From contig CDMY01000560.1 of assembly GCA_001179505.1 (NCBI GenBank), positions 1 through 51,812 of the forward strand: DNA of 51,812 bases. Reading direction: 5' to 3'. This document shows positions 1-12,699 of this stretch, piece by piece. A program made the position numbers and the translations under genes. Source of the DNA: Vitrella brassicaformis CCMP3155. Taxonomy: Eukaryota; Protista; Chromerida. Each line of letters opens with the position of its first letter. Position 1 is the first letter of the stretch. Below the pieces are notes generated by a model, which did not search any database, was not told the origin of the DNA, and saw nothing but the letters and a program-made list of their open reading frames with translations.

Positions 1-172
1 GGCGGGTTTTGCTGAGGGGCTGTTGCTAGAGCGGGGGCCTTTCCACCCTCGTTGATTGCAGGGGGTGGGTGGGTGGGCGTGAATGGGTAGGTAGCGAATG
101 TTTTGATCGTTGCTGTCAATAGTTTAGATGCGAACATGTAATCGACCGTCCCAGCGCATGGGACACACGGAC

Positions 173-195
173 AATCTTACCCTTAACCACCACCA
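173..195 (+). repeat. 23-bp direct repeat, copy 1 (AATCTTACCCTTAACCACCACCA)
   Basis: Exact match to 1861-1883. Confidence 0.9.
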
Positions 196-297
196 CATGA
201 ATGACGTGAGAGTTTCTGTAGATATTGCGTGCGTCACGTCACCCCACGACGCGACTTCCCCACAAGGCAACCGGCACGAAACGACTAGCAGCTGGGC

Positions 298-1559
298 ATG
301 TTTCCCCGCGGGAGCAGCGAAGCGCATCGCTCTGGGACAGAGCACCTGCTCTGCCACCGCTCTCCTTCTGGATCTGATGAGAATGAGGGCCGTCAACCTG
401 CTGAAGAGGAGGCTCCCAGCGAAGATTCTGTTGATGGCGCAGCAGCCGATGAAGCTGATGACGGCAGGAGCCGCACATCGTCCGAAGTGAGGGCTCAAGC
501 CGGTAGGTGCCCACCCATCCGTGATAAGGTCGGTGGATTTCGAGGGTGTGTGTCTGTGTGTTCGCAGATGCTCGCTTTCGAGAAGTTGTCCGAGGTCTCA
601 ATGCGCTCGCGAAACGCCTTCTTCACGATTACAGGTGCCGCGTGCGGATGAATTCGAAGATGGCGACTCTCACGTGGTCAAAGGATGGCATCTACTGGCT
701 GAATATGGCTGGATCCAGCACATCAGAGATGTTCCGCCCATCGTCGCTCACTGAGGCTTCCGTTAGGGAGTGCTTTGAGGGAGTGGTACGACGATATGAG
801 GAGCTGTGCGCGGCGAGAGGCGTTCCCCCTTATCTTCCCACCTCGCTGCCTACCAACGGGCGTTCCTCCACTGACGTACCTGATATCGACGAGAGGATAA
901 GGAGACGGCGGGAGCTCGCAGCACGGAGGCAACAGCAATGCCGCAGCAATCTATCCGCCGACAAGAAAGCAATTCTCAGCCATGCTGCGACCTTCCGGCA
1001 ACGGAAGCACCGCGCTGGACTGTCTTCTGCAGCGAAGGAAGCGATGCGAGCTGTGCATAGTCTTCAGCAGTGGAAGAGGCGTTCTCGCTTTGACAGTGAT
1101 CGGCTTTCAAGGGAGAGAGAAGCCTCAAAGATTCGGATGAGGAGATTTCGAGCCAAGCAGAAGGCTGCTTGCACTACGGCTGATGAGGGGCACAAAGGCG
1201 ATGCTGATGCTGGAAACATGGTTGATTGGCGAGAGGATCTGTTCGGCAAGAGAGCTTCGAGGCTTCAAATTGACGAAGAGCAACTGACTGACGACACGTA
1301 TTATGCATCGGCAGCAAGAAGACTCGCGCGGTCGGTTCGTCGCCGGCTGAAGGCAGCTCTACGAATTGAGTTCACGCTTGCAGAGAGAACGGGGGTGGGC
1401 TTTTGGTTGGTGTGGAATCCGAAGAGTCAGATAGATGTTTGTGAGTTGTATAGTATTGACGAGTCAGGCAATTTTACGCACGGCGTCAGATGTGGAAGCC
1501 GCACGGTAGATGCTCTGAAACGAAGCCTTCAAGAAGCACTATCGGCTCATGGCATCTAG
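298..1559 (+). CDS. Two-exon (~398 aa) putative DNA-binding protein with divergent AP2-like segment(s) and an Arg-rich basic helix
   Basis: Exon 298-502 plus intron 503-567 (GTAGGT...TTCGCAG, phase 1) joins ORF 298 to the long ORF ending at 1559. Segment TLTWSKDGIYWLNMAGSSTSEMFRPSSLTEASVRECFEGVVRRYEEL fits a 3-strand plus helix AP2-like pattern by eye. Central REREASKIRMRRFRAK is basic. The gene is well supported; the domain call is tentative. Confidence 0.55.
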
Positions 1560-1860
1560 ATAGTGATGATACGTTTGCATTTTTAGGTCGTGATGAATGT
1601 GTCTGTGTGTTTGTGTGTCTGTGTGTCTGTCCCTTTCTTGCCGTCTGTATTTGTCGTAGATGTGTCTACTGTCTGCACCCTTTTTCGTTTGTCTGTACAA
1701 TGCAACGAGGGGATGAAGGCGGCAACAGAAGTCATCATTCACATTCAGAACCCTTGATTCTAAAACCCTTGACCCTAGAGGAGTCAAAACCCTTGGTTTT
1801 GTCGGCGGCGGACTGGCGGGAGGGCCACCTCCTTTCCCGATCTTTCCCAATCGAAGCCTA

Positions 1861-1883
1861 AATCTTACCCTTAACCACCACCA
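1861..1883 (+). repeat. 23-bp direct repeat, copy 2
   Basis: Exact match to 173-195. Confidence 0.9.
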
Positions 1884-2394
1884 TCGAAGCGAACACACGG
1901 CCGCCGGAGGCGGCCGGCCACGCGATCTTGTCATGCAAGGATTTGATCCATCTCTTTCTTCTTCCAAAGCAGCCCTGCTGGCTGTCAGTGATGTAGGCGT
2001 TGAACCACGTAAGTACGATCAACACCATCAAAAAAGCAGGCGACGTATTGCATGCATGGCCACACACAGATACACCACCTAGCCAACATAACACACAACA
2101 CAACACATCCGCATCGCATTGCGAGTCAGTGCTGGTTCATTGTCTGTGTACCCTCCCCCCCCTGCCCGTCTGCCTGTCCGCCTGCCTCTTCTACGCCGAC
2201 CGGCGCTCGCTCCCATGAATTGACCGACGCGCCGATGCAGTCATGCGACCAACAAAACCACCCTCACTCACGCGCCTACTGCTACCTGCCTGCCACGCCC
2301 GGCCACGCCATCTTCAAGCGTACATCATGGGTGCGATATGCCCACCTACCGGCCTGCCTGCCTGCCTGCCTCTGCCTTTCTACGTATGGGTCAG

Positions 2395-5300
2395 TCAGTC
2401 GTCTTCCCACTCGAGATCTGGATCTTCGTCGTCCTGCTCTTTCTCCTCCTGCTGTCGCTGGCTGTCTGGGTCAAGCTGGAAGATGCTCAGAATCAACTTC
2501 TGCATCAACCTGCACCACAACACAACACAACACAACACGATACACACGAACGGGGTGTGGGCGGGTATGCGTGTCGGTCGGTCCGTCGGTCAGTCAGTCT
2601 CTCTCTCTCTCTCTGTGCGTGTGTGTACGTTTTGAGTTCTTCTCTGGTCTTTTTGGTCATGACCCCCTCTGCGAGTTGCCTCTTCTTGTCGTGGACGGCG
2701 AGCATCTTCTCCTCGACGCTGCCCCTGACCAGGATCCGCTGCATGTGCACCTCACGATCCTGACCGATGCGGTGCACTCGGTCCACGGCTACACACACGC
2801 ACACACATGGATAGATGGACGGATGGATGGATGGATGAGCCGGGCCAGGGCTGATTGGTGTGTCGTTTGTCGGTCGGGCTGCGTACCTTGGTCCTCGCCA
2901 GCAGGGTTCCACCACGTGTCGACCTGATGTATGGATGGGCGCGCCATGACACAAGACACAGTTTGAATGAATGGAATGCCTTTGTCTGCCTGCCTGCCTC
3001 CGTGTGTCCGTGCGGGTGGAGTCGTACCAGCATGACGCTGTTGGCCGCCGTGAGGTTGAGTCCCAGGCCGCCTGCCTTGAGACTGACGAGGAAGATGCGG
3101 ATGTGCGGGTCGTTGTCGAACGAGTTGATGGCTGCCTGCCGACGATCCTTCGTCTGACGCATGCACGCACAGAGAGACAAACATCAGCCAGCAGGCGCCT
3201 TGTGACGCCTGCAGTGCGTCGGTCGGCCGGCCGGCCGGCCGCTCACCATCTTGCCATCCAGACGCACGAACGGCACACCTGCATCGCGATACCAACCACC
3301 ACAGGCACACATTGAGGAGAATATGCATGCACACACGGCTGCAATCGTACGTCTGTCTTGCAGCCCTCTCTGGATGATGTCCAGGAACTGCACACACACA
3401 CAGACAGAGACAAAGTTGCATGTGTGTCGCTCGTGTGTGTGTGAGTGTGTGTGTGTCGAGCGGACCTTGGTGAATTGACTGAAGACGACGCACTTTGCGG
3501 GCTTGCCGTGGTTGGACTGAGACAAGGACACTGAACACACACACACCGACCCAAACACACAACAGCCATGAAGATAGTATCTCCCACCACCACGTATGGC
3601 GCGGGTCGCATGAGAGAGAGAGAGTGCTGACCGTGGATCTGTCGGTAGATCTGCTCGAGCTTGGCCGATGTGCGGTTATGCGCTCCCGTGGCGGCACTGC
3701 TGCTGCTGTACGAGTAGCTGTCGTCATTGTCACCATCAAACAGCTGAGAACACACATACACACACACACACGCCTCCCGATGTGGCTGTGAGTATGTGCT
3801 TGTCTGTCTGTCTGTCTGTCTGTCAGTATTACTTCGGCGTCTTCTGAGGCCTCGACCAGGTCTGACATCCTGACAGGGCCGCGGCAATTCGGACACTGCT
3901 TGAGGCTCTTCAGGTGCCTGCACCGCGCCCAGCACCACCCACTCCCATATGTAGGCAGGTAGGTGTCCTGTCCTTGGTGGTGTGGCTGGCGTGTGTCGGT
4001 GCATACGTCTCGAGGCACGACTTGTGGAAGACGTGTCTGCAGGTGGAAATGATCATGTCGCTCCCCTCCTCCAGACAAATCGAACACTGGTCTGCAGCCA
4101 CACACACACACTCACACAGATTTACACCACCACCCACAGCAAGACAAGACAGGTGGATGGGATGTCTGTGTACCGTTCCCTACCGACAGACCTGTTTTGG
4201 AGTCTCTGAGTATCTGCAGCAGGCTCTTGACCTCCGAAGCGCCGAGCTGCATGATGGACCGCTCCAGCCTCGCCGTCGCACCGATGTCACCCTCACTCGC
4301 AGCCTCCAACGACTACACACACCACAACCAACCACAAACACACAAACACATGGAGAACAAATGGGCCACCTTGTGTGCGGGCGGGCATTCGGCTCACTCA
4401 CCCTGAGCATGTCTTCCGGAAGCAGCGACGAGTGGCAGCACAACATGCGCAACCTGCACGCACCCAACACAGCCGCCGGAGAGGTCAGACAGATGGTGTT
4501 GGTGTGGTGTGGTGTGTGCACGGACCGCAGGAGCATGATAAGGATGCTGGAGAAGTTTTTGCCGAGTTCGTCTGCCTCCTGCAGCTTCTTGACCAGCTTC
4601 TGCGTCCGGTCGTAGAGCACTCGGTACAGCCGACCCTCGTACTCGTGGAACTCGCAGTACACCTTGTGCCTGACCGACCGACCAGTGAGGGAGGGAGGGA
4701 ATCGACGAACGAATCAATGAGTCAGTCAGCGAATGAACGAATCACACACACGCACACACACACACACACACGCACAAAGGACCTGTGCAGCTGTGGCAGC
4801 TGGAGCAGGGGCCGTTCGATGCCCGTCTCTGGGTCCTTGACGCGCTGGTGCTTGGTGCGGCGGAGAGCTGACCCCACACAACCACACAACCACACAGGCA
4901 GGCAGGAGGGTGTGTTGTGTTGTTGCCGGCAGATATCATGTGTGCGTGTGTCGCGTGCGGTGTGCCGTTTGCTCACTTGTGTATCTGACGACCACTTGGA
5001 GCCTCCTGAAGCCGTTGGGGTCGCACCTCTTGATGGGCTTGTTGATCTTGCTGCAGAAACTGGCGCACACCACACACAGATGTCCATATATAGTGACAGA
5101 CAGAGAGAGGCCATCAGCTGAGACCATGCATGGCAGGGATCGATCCGTGTGTGCGTGGTGTGATTGCGCGTCCCTGTGACTTACACTTCCCAGTCGTCGA
5201 ATGGCTTGGCCCTGCAAACACACACACATACAGACACACACACACACACACAGACACGGAGAGGTGAGCGTTGGTTGGTGTTGGTGCGGTGCAGCGGATG

Positions 5301-8300
5301 GTTTGTGTTAATGTGTGTGTGTGTGTGCTAGTGGTTTTGTGTCAGTTGCCTGAGGAAGTGCAGGAGCGAGTAGATGTCCTCGACTTTGTTCTGGATGGGC
5401 GTCCCAGTCAAAGACCAGTGGATCGTCGCACGCTGAATGAGTGAAAGAGCCACAGCACGACAGACAGTTCATCACACAAAGTGAGTCGGCAGGCCCACCA
5501 CCTCCCTCCCTCCACTTGGTGTGTACCAGGTGCGCGACCGCTTGTGCAGTCTGGCTCTTCCGGTTCTTGATCATGTGTGCCTCATCCTGCGCACCACTCC
5601 AACGCACAAGCACACACACAGATGCTGCACTGCACCCGCCTGTATGTGTGTGAGGGTCAGCTCAGCTCTGGCCTTACGAGGACGATGCGGTGCCAGTGGA
5701 TGGCCTTGAGGTTGGCAGACTTTGACGACCGCCTCTCGTTCTTGACTGCATGGTCAATGAACGAACGAGTGGACACACACACACACACACACATAGAGGG
5801 ATGGATGGATCGTCCGTCGTGCCCTCTCCTGCGTACACTCAGTCTGCACGATGTTGAATGTGGTGATGACCATGTCGTAGCTCGCGAGCAACGAGGGGGT
5901 CACGCCGCCACGGTCCTTGTAGTACTCATACTGCCTGCATCACCACACGCCACACACGACACACGACACACCACACATCCATATCCTACCCACTCCATCC
6001 ATCCACACACCCACCCATCCTTTCACCTGAGGTGCGGCGCGAAGACCTCCGCCTGTTTCTTCCAGTTGGCCACGACCGTCAGCGGACACACCACCAGCGT
6101 CCCCCCCCGCAGCAGACCCCCGCTCCCGTTCGCCCGCCCGCCCCCGCTCCCCTTGCCCACCTTACGCGCACCACCACCACCGCCACCGCCACCAGCTCCC
6201 TCTACTTTCCGCTTCTTATGCATGACCGGCAGACCGAAGTCGTTGTCCATATCGTCGTCGTCATCGTCAGAGTCGGATGGCGATGGGGCGAGGCCGGGGA
6301 GGTAGTGGGGGTCTGATGGGAAGGCTGGGGGCTCGTCTGATGGGGAGGGGGAGGGAGAGGGGGAGGGATCGTCGAAGGCGGTGCTGTCCAGGGGCTCAGT
6401 GCTGTTGATGCCGCTGCCGTTGGCGCAGATGAGAGACAAAGTGGTCACCGTCTTGCCTGACGTGTACACACACACACACACACACACATGCTGTGAGACT
6501 GCCCACGACGTATTGCCATCCATGATGCGCGTCCATCTTTCTGACCTAATCCCATATCGTCGGCGAGGATGCCGCCACGGAAGAGGGGCATGCTGCCCGA
6601 CCGCCGCTCCTTCGTCGCAATCTGGATGGGGTAGGTGGACGGGGACACCAACACACACACACACACACCTACACCTGGTCCCCCTGTGTGGTGTGAGCCT
6701 TTTCTCACGTTGTGGATGATGTCAGGGTTTTCTGTTTTCTTCCAGAAGAGCACCATGGGGTCCTTCTTGCTGTCCTTGTCATCGCCCCCATCGCCGTCGT
6801 CCTGCTTCAGGTCGATGACGTCCACCTGCTCGTTGATGGCATCCAGTATCGTCTGCCGCTTCTCACGACCTATCATCCACCGAAGAGCCTTCCGCTGGAC
6901 ACACACACACACAGGGGGAAGGGTCGGTGTGTTTGCGGAGTCGTGTGTGTGTGTGTTGGGGGGGGAGGGGGGGCATGTGGTGTGACCTGGTGCTCGAGCA
7001 AGTCTGTCTGAATCTGTGCAGGCGTATCGGCCTCGGCCATCAGGTGATACTCAGCACCGGCATACAGCCCCTCCAGCTCACGCTCCAGTATATCTACAAT
7101 ACACACACACACACGTCATCCATCCATCCCAGATGCCCTCCCTCCCTCCCTCCCTGTGACACCGTCTTCCGGTCACTCCGCTCACCGGCCTCCGACGGTC
7201 CATTCAGTGCAGGGGGGGAGAAATCGAAACCGAGCCCTCCTCCCGCCCCACCAGGATGGCCCATCCCGCCCCCTCCCAGCACCCCACCATAGCCACCGTA
7301 GCCACCCACACCCGTCGAGGCCGACGGCATGAAGGGGCCGAGGCCACGAGGAGCGAACGGCGCCGCGCCAGGGATGCCCATCCCGGCCGTGTATGGGAAT
7401 CGGTGTGGCCCCCTTGGCAAGAAAGGCTCGGTACGCGGCAGGACATTGCGGCTGGCTGCTCGGCGGGCTTGTCGGTTGGGGGCTTTCGAGGGGGGGTCGG
7501 GGCCCATGTGGACTGAGGCAGGCAAGCAGACAGAGAGAGAAAGGGGTACGGTGGGAGGCTTCCTGTTTGTGTTGGTTGTTGGCTCACCTCTGTCCTTGCC
7601 GTAGCCGAATGAGTCGGAAATCTGCTGCAGGGCATTACGCACACGGAGGGCGTCACCGCTGCAGACACACAGACAGACAGACAGACAGACAATGGATGAC
7701 GTGCGCACGCGTGTGTCCGTCTGCAGTGCGTTCTGCCGTTCGTTCGTGTGCTTGGTCACCCTCGGGCCTTGACAGTGATGAGCAGGGGGAAGGACCTCGT
7801 GCCAGCTGATGATAGCAACACGACACGGCAGCCACGTCATGCTCATGTGCACATGTGGTGTGTATCACTCATCTGTCGGGGTGTGTGTGTGTGTGAAGTG
7901 TGTGTGTGAGTGTACCAGGGCATCCCCTGAACTCCTGTGGTTCTGGCTTGGCCTCGAGGATCATGCTATCGCCCAAACTGTCCATGTGAGGCGCTGACAC
8001 ATACACACACACACACACGTGTGGTATGATCTCTTCGTTGGTATACGGTTCGCTCACCCATTGCACTTGCGACGGGGTCTCGTGGAAGGTTCCCGACCTG
8101 ACACACGCCGCACCACCGCCCATGGATGCAGCCATGCAGGCAGGCATCACACGGCTGTGTGCGTCCGTGCACTCACCTGTTCGCCGAATCTCTGCACTTG
8201 TATGCAGTTGTCGTCGTAGATGTTGTCGGGCTCGCGCATCAACGTCAACACGTCGTTGCGGTCCACATCCTCAGACTGACATTCACACCCACCCAACACC

Positions 8301-9239
8301 CAACACCCAAACACATGACATGATGCACTCACTGTAGTGTGTTTCGGCAGTGGCTCATCGTTCTTTCTCCCCGACCGCGTCATAGTGAGAGGTGCCGTTG
8401 CATTTGGTCACGACGTAGCCAATGCTGACAGACAGCCACACACACAGATACATACACGTCCGTCCACATCAACTCTCACACAAATCGTGTGTGTATGTGC
8501 GCACATTTCCTCCCTCGACGACGACGATGCAGCCGCCCCGCTCGCCCTCCCACTCCTGGCCTTCGCCGACGAGGCCGCCGCGGCAGGGGGCGCACGGGGA
8601 AGCTGCTCGTAGGGCACCCACCCCTTCCCCCTCGACGGTGGCGGGGGCTCGGGGTATCCCTGGTGATGCGATGCGGGTGACGGCATGGGGAATGGGTTAA
8701 ACAGGTTGCCATAGGGTGACGATGCCGACATGGCGTTGCCCGGGAGCTGCCCATAGCCATACGCGCTCGCAGACTGGGCGAACGAGTAGGGCATCTGCTG
8801 TGGATAGCCGCCGCCTGATGGGCCGCCGTAGGGGTAGGCCTGCTGCTGCTGCCGTGGCGGCGCCGCGTTGACCCCGACGATCTCGACCTCGTCGCCTTGG
8901 TCTTGGTTGTTGGCTGCCGTGTAGGTGTTTGGCTGGCGGAACGGCATGTGGGCGTTGTCGTCTTCATCGTCATCGTCATCGTCGTCCTGAGTGAGATCTA
9001 TGTTGTCCGCTGCGGTCAGGTCGATTTGCCGAGCCGCCGGCTGGCCCTGCACATCATGATGTGTGTGCAACACACAGACATACACACACGATATATATGC
9101 TTCCAGTCAGTGTGTCTGTTGAGTTGATCTGACTCTCGTGTGTCTGTGCTGCTTTGTTCGGTCTTTGGCTTGCTTTGTCGTGTGTGCCTGCCTCTCTATG
9201 TGCATCTGTCTGCCCTTGGCTGTTCCTCTGTACTTCCAT
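2395..9239 (-). CDS. RAD5: RAD5/HLTF-like SNF2 helicase/E3 ligase (HIRAN + SNF2 ATPase + RING + helicase C), multi-exon
   Basis: HIRAN-like [16 protein letters not shown]...QVGNLPR (~8080-8290). Walker [12 protein letters not shown]|[34 protein letters not shown]...CRHVFHKSC...CPNC. Helicase C: [36 protein letters not shown]...SVEEKML. Last exon ends ...LEWEDD* at 2395. Start at 9239 is inferred. Confidence 0.88.
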
Positions 9240-9508
9240 GTCAGTGTGTTACCTGTGGATAGTACATGACGTCTTTCTTCTCTAGACTCTCGAACCCAAT
9301 TGCTCGAGCCTCTTCTCAGTAGCAGCTATACAGTCGTTTTTCCTCTGGCCTCTTTCCTCCTGCGAGCTTTAGACCCGATGCGCGCTTCTTTGCTGCTAGA
9401 GGAGCGCTTTCCCCTATCGTCTATCCCCCTGCCTTGAGCAGATCCATCAAGCAGAGCCTTGTGCCTCTCGATTCAGCTCATCTTCCTCTCGAACACAGAC
9501 CCTCCATC

Positions 9509-10555
9509 ATGGAGTCGTGGGACGTGAAGGAGCAGCGCTTCCGGTCCCTGCTGCGACAGCTGGGACACGGCAACCAGCAAGCCGTCAGCTCCGCCACCGC
9601 CATGTTTCAGGACTACGACAACTTCCGCAACCTCGCCAGTGTGTGGCAGCAGGAGCTCGATGCCGCCATCGGTGGGGCGGAGTGTGGCTCTCAGGAGGGC
9701 AATGCCAAGATATACGAGTTCTTCTCGGTCATGTCTGGCGCATTCCTGGGCGACAGGATCGGTTTCCTCAAGGGCCACTTTGCGGGTGATGCCGCGGGAG
9801 GGGCGGCCGGTGCCGCGGGCGGCGGTATCATGGAGAACCTTCTAAAGGTGCGGCCGTACCAACGGAACAGAACAGAGCAGACAGATGGCTGAATGGAGGG
9901 TTGCACCTGAGAAAGGAATCCGTTCACCAAGTGTTTCTGTCTGTGCCTGTCTGCGCGTGTGTGTTGGGTTTGTGTGTGTGTGCAGAAGCTGCGTGACCGC
10001 TACGCCCTCACCCCTCTGCTGCACGCCCTCGTGGAGGAGTGGAACAGCCGGGGCTACTTCAGCGACAAGGACATCGCCGCCTTCCGTCGCGCGCTCGCAC
10101 CACCCGCTAGACAGGCCAACCCCTCAGCGGCCGCCCTCTCCTCATCCACCCTGCTCCGCGGCTCCTCAGGCCACCTCAACGGCTCGGCCGTGTCAGGGCG
10201 GCCACAGGCGGGCAAGCGGGGCATCGAGGACCACCAGCGGCCGACTGACGGCTCGGCGTTCGGCAGCGACGGCGACGTTGCGTCTCTGAAGCGGATGACT
10301 GAGATGCAGGAGCGGATTCTGGTCAAGCAGCTGAAGCGCCGCGAGATGGAGATGCAGGGCGACATGCAGAAGGCGGGCAGGATGATCCAGGGCGAGTACG
10401 AGGAGCGCGTCAAGCTCCTCAAGGAGATTCCCCCGCTGCAGGAGCGGCTCGAGGGGGTGGTCAAGAAGCGGGTGGCGCAGCTCAGGAACGCCGCCCTCGC
10501 CAGGAAGGCCATCGAAAAGGCCATCGACAAACAGAAGGAGTCACAGGGCGGATAG
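9509..10555 (+). CDS. Putative CID/RPR-domain protein (Rtt103/RPRD1-like) with C-terminal coiled coil
   Basis: Exons 9509-9847 and 9986-10555 splice in frame. Helical N-domain ends LVEEWNSRGYFSDKDIAAF, resembling the CID terminal 'W..r.vF' helix, followed by a linker and a heptad-rich C-terminus. Confidence 0.5.
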
Positions 10556-11819
10556 CTAGCATAGCAGACAGAGGGGGACGGACGGAATCAATCGATGGCT
10601 TGTTGGATGGTTTTGCTTGTGCAGACAGAGGATCGGCTTTGGATGTCCACCCATGGCCGTGTGTGTCTGATCGAACCTGCGCACGACCATGTGTTGCCCG
10701 TCAACCACGAGCAGCTCATGCACGTGTGCATGGTCGCACTCTATCACACAGCCGGGGGGAGGGAGCAGCGAAGACAGGATGCATGGATGTGACAGCAATG
10801 GACTGACAGCCTGCCTTTTAGTCTGTGCGGATCGGATGGACGCGACGCGACGCGACGGCTGTGTGACTGATAAATAGGTGCATTTGAACGTGTGAATGAC
10901 CTAGCGATCTCCGAACGAACCGACTGTCTTCATTCACTCACTCATGCATCTTTTGCCACCGTTTTCTGTTGGAAATGCCATCACAACCAACACATATATG
11001 CGGTGTGTCGTTAGAAAGGTCTCACTGCGCCACGCCAGCAGACAAATACAGACATACACACACAAATAGAGAGTATATACAATGTATGTGCCGTATGAAG
11101 ATGTGTGGACGTGACGTGCAATGCATGCAATCATAAATACGGAGGTGGATGTCTAATCAGTCGCCATGCATTTTGACGGCTAGACAGCCACACACACACA
11201 CACACACACACAAGGCAGCCAGACGGGCAGACAGGCACATGCAGAAACTGGGAGAGAGCCACACAGGGAGGCATATTCACAAGTAGAGGGATTGTGGCAG
11301 TGAGGCAGGCAGGCAGGCAGGCACCAACCAACGACACTGTGGTGGTTGGCTTTTGGCGGACCTGTGTGATCCATTTCTGCACCGAAGAAGCTCAAGCTCT
11401 ACACCACCTGCTGAGCTGTGTCGGCAGGTCAGGGTGATGCAGAGCCTGGCCTCCATCGGGACGTCAATGCACCGCACACAGGCAAAACCAGGGGTCCATC
11501 GGCCGATGGACATACACACATACAGACACAGACACAGACACACACACGCACCCGCACACGCACTGCTTACTTTCAACACAACACAACATATCACACCGAT
11601 AGACTGACTCACGAATGAGATGGAGTACTTACTTACGATATGCCCCACTCTGATCTGCTCTGGCCTCTCCCAGATGAACACAGATGCCATCCATCCATCC
11701 ATCCATCCATCCATCTACACACGCCCTTCTCCCTCTCTCCCTCCCTCCTTCCCTCCCCGCCCGTTGTGCGTGTGTTTGGTTGGTAGGTAGGTAGGTAGGT
11801 CGGGTCTATGAGTGAGTAG

Positions 11820-12402
11820 TCAGAAGTAGGAGAGCATGTCGTTGTTGGCCCAGCGGCCGTTGTTGTTGCCGGACCAGCGGCTGATGCCCTGGCGGTTGCG
11901 GTCCCACTGCTCGTGCAAATTGCGGGAGTCACGAACATGGTACCTGTCACCACACACACAGACACAGGGGCAGACACAGGCACAGACGTGACAAAATGAC
12001 CACACCACCACGGCATTCGTTGACTGACTCACCCGTTAGGTCCGCCGGGCCCGCCGATGTGTTTGCGGGGGTCGTCGAATATCAGCTCCAGGTCGCGGAG
12101 GGTGCAGTTGCGGCGGTGCAGCTGAGTCGCGCCCTTGGTCGGGTGCTGCAGCGACGTGCTCACCGTACCCGTCGTGAAGTACACGTCGATGCGGCACACA
12201 CCTCGCTTATCGAAACTCTGCAAAACCAAGACACACACACAGAGGCACACGGCAAGGCCACATCAGCTGACAACCGTGGGTGGGTGGGTGGGTGGGTGGG
12301 TGCTGGCTTGCGGACCAGTAGAATAGGGTTGCTGGTCTGGATCTCGACGAGGCCGTAGTAGCGCGCCAGGTAGCGCACATCCTCAGGCATGAAATGCGCC
12401 AT
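11820..12402 (-). CDS. 131-aa protein of unknown function (RIDVYFTTGTV...HPxxGxTQLxRR motif)
   Basis: Exons 12402-12316, 12217-12033 and 11943-11820 have GT-AG boundaries and total 396 nt with an open frame. Confidence 0.75.
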
Positions 12403-12699
12403 CTCTATCGACAATAGGCCTCTCGAGTGTGCTCTACGTGTGCTCCGGACTAAGGAAGGTGGACCAAGGAGTGGCAGGCAACTCGAGGCGGTGGCTGGGT
12501 GCCAAAGCGGCTGCCAGCCAGGCTCACTGCAAAACCCGCCGCAGGAAGAATGCCTGCACTTGGGGCAGGCGTGTCCGTAAAACAGTGGGCGAGCTGGAGC
12601 CTCAGGCGTGATGCGCCCAGTGTCGTCCGCTCCCTGCTGACTTTAACAGAGGAGAATCTCGAGGCCGTTGCTGAATTTTTTCAGCTCAGGAGGCTTCCA

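Noticed and set aside
197-217. 17/21 similarity between 197-217 and 15867-15887
   Set aside because: A rough binomial estimate gives hundreds of such pairs by chance in a 52-kb self-comparison.
2505-8979. Long overlapping or antisense ORFs (e.g. 2789-4111, 5577-6305) as nested genes
   Set aside because: They are explained by high GC (few stops) and read-through of repeat-rich introns of the RAD5-like gene.
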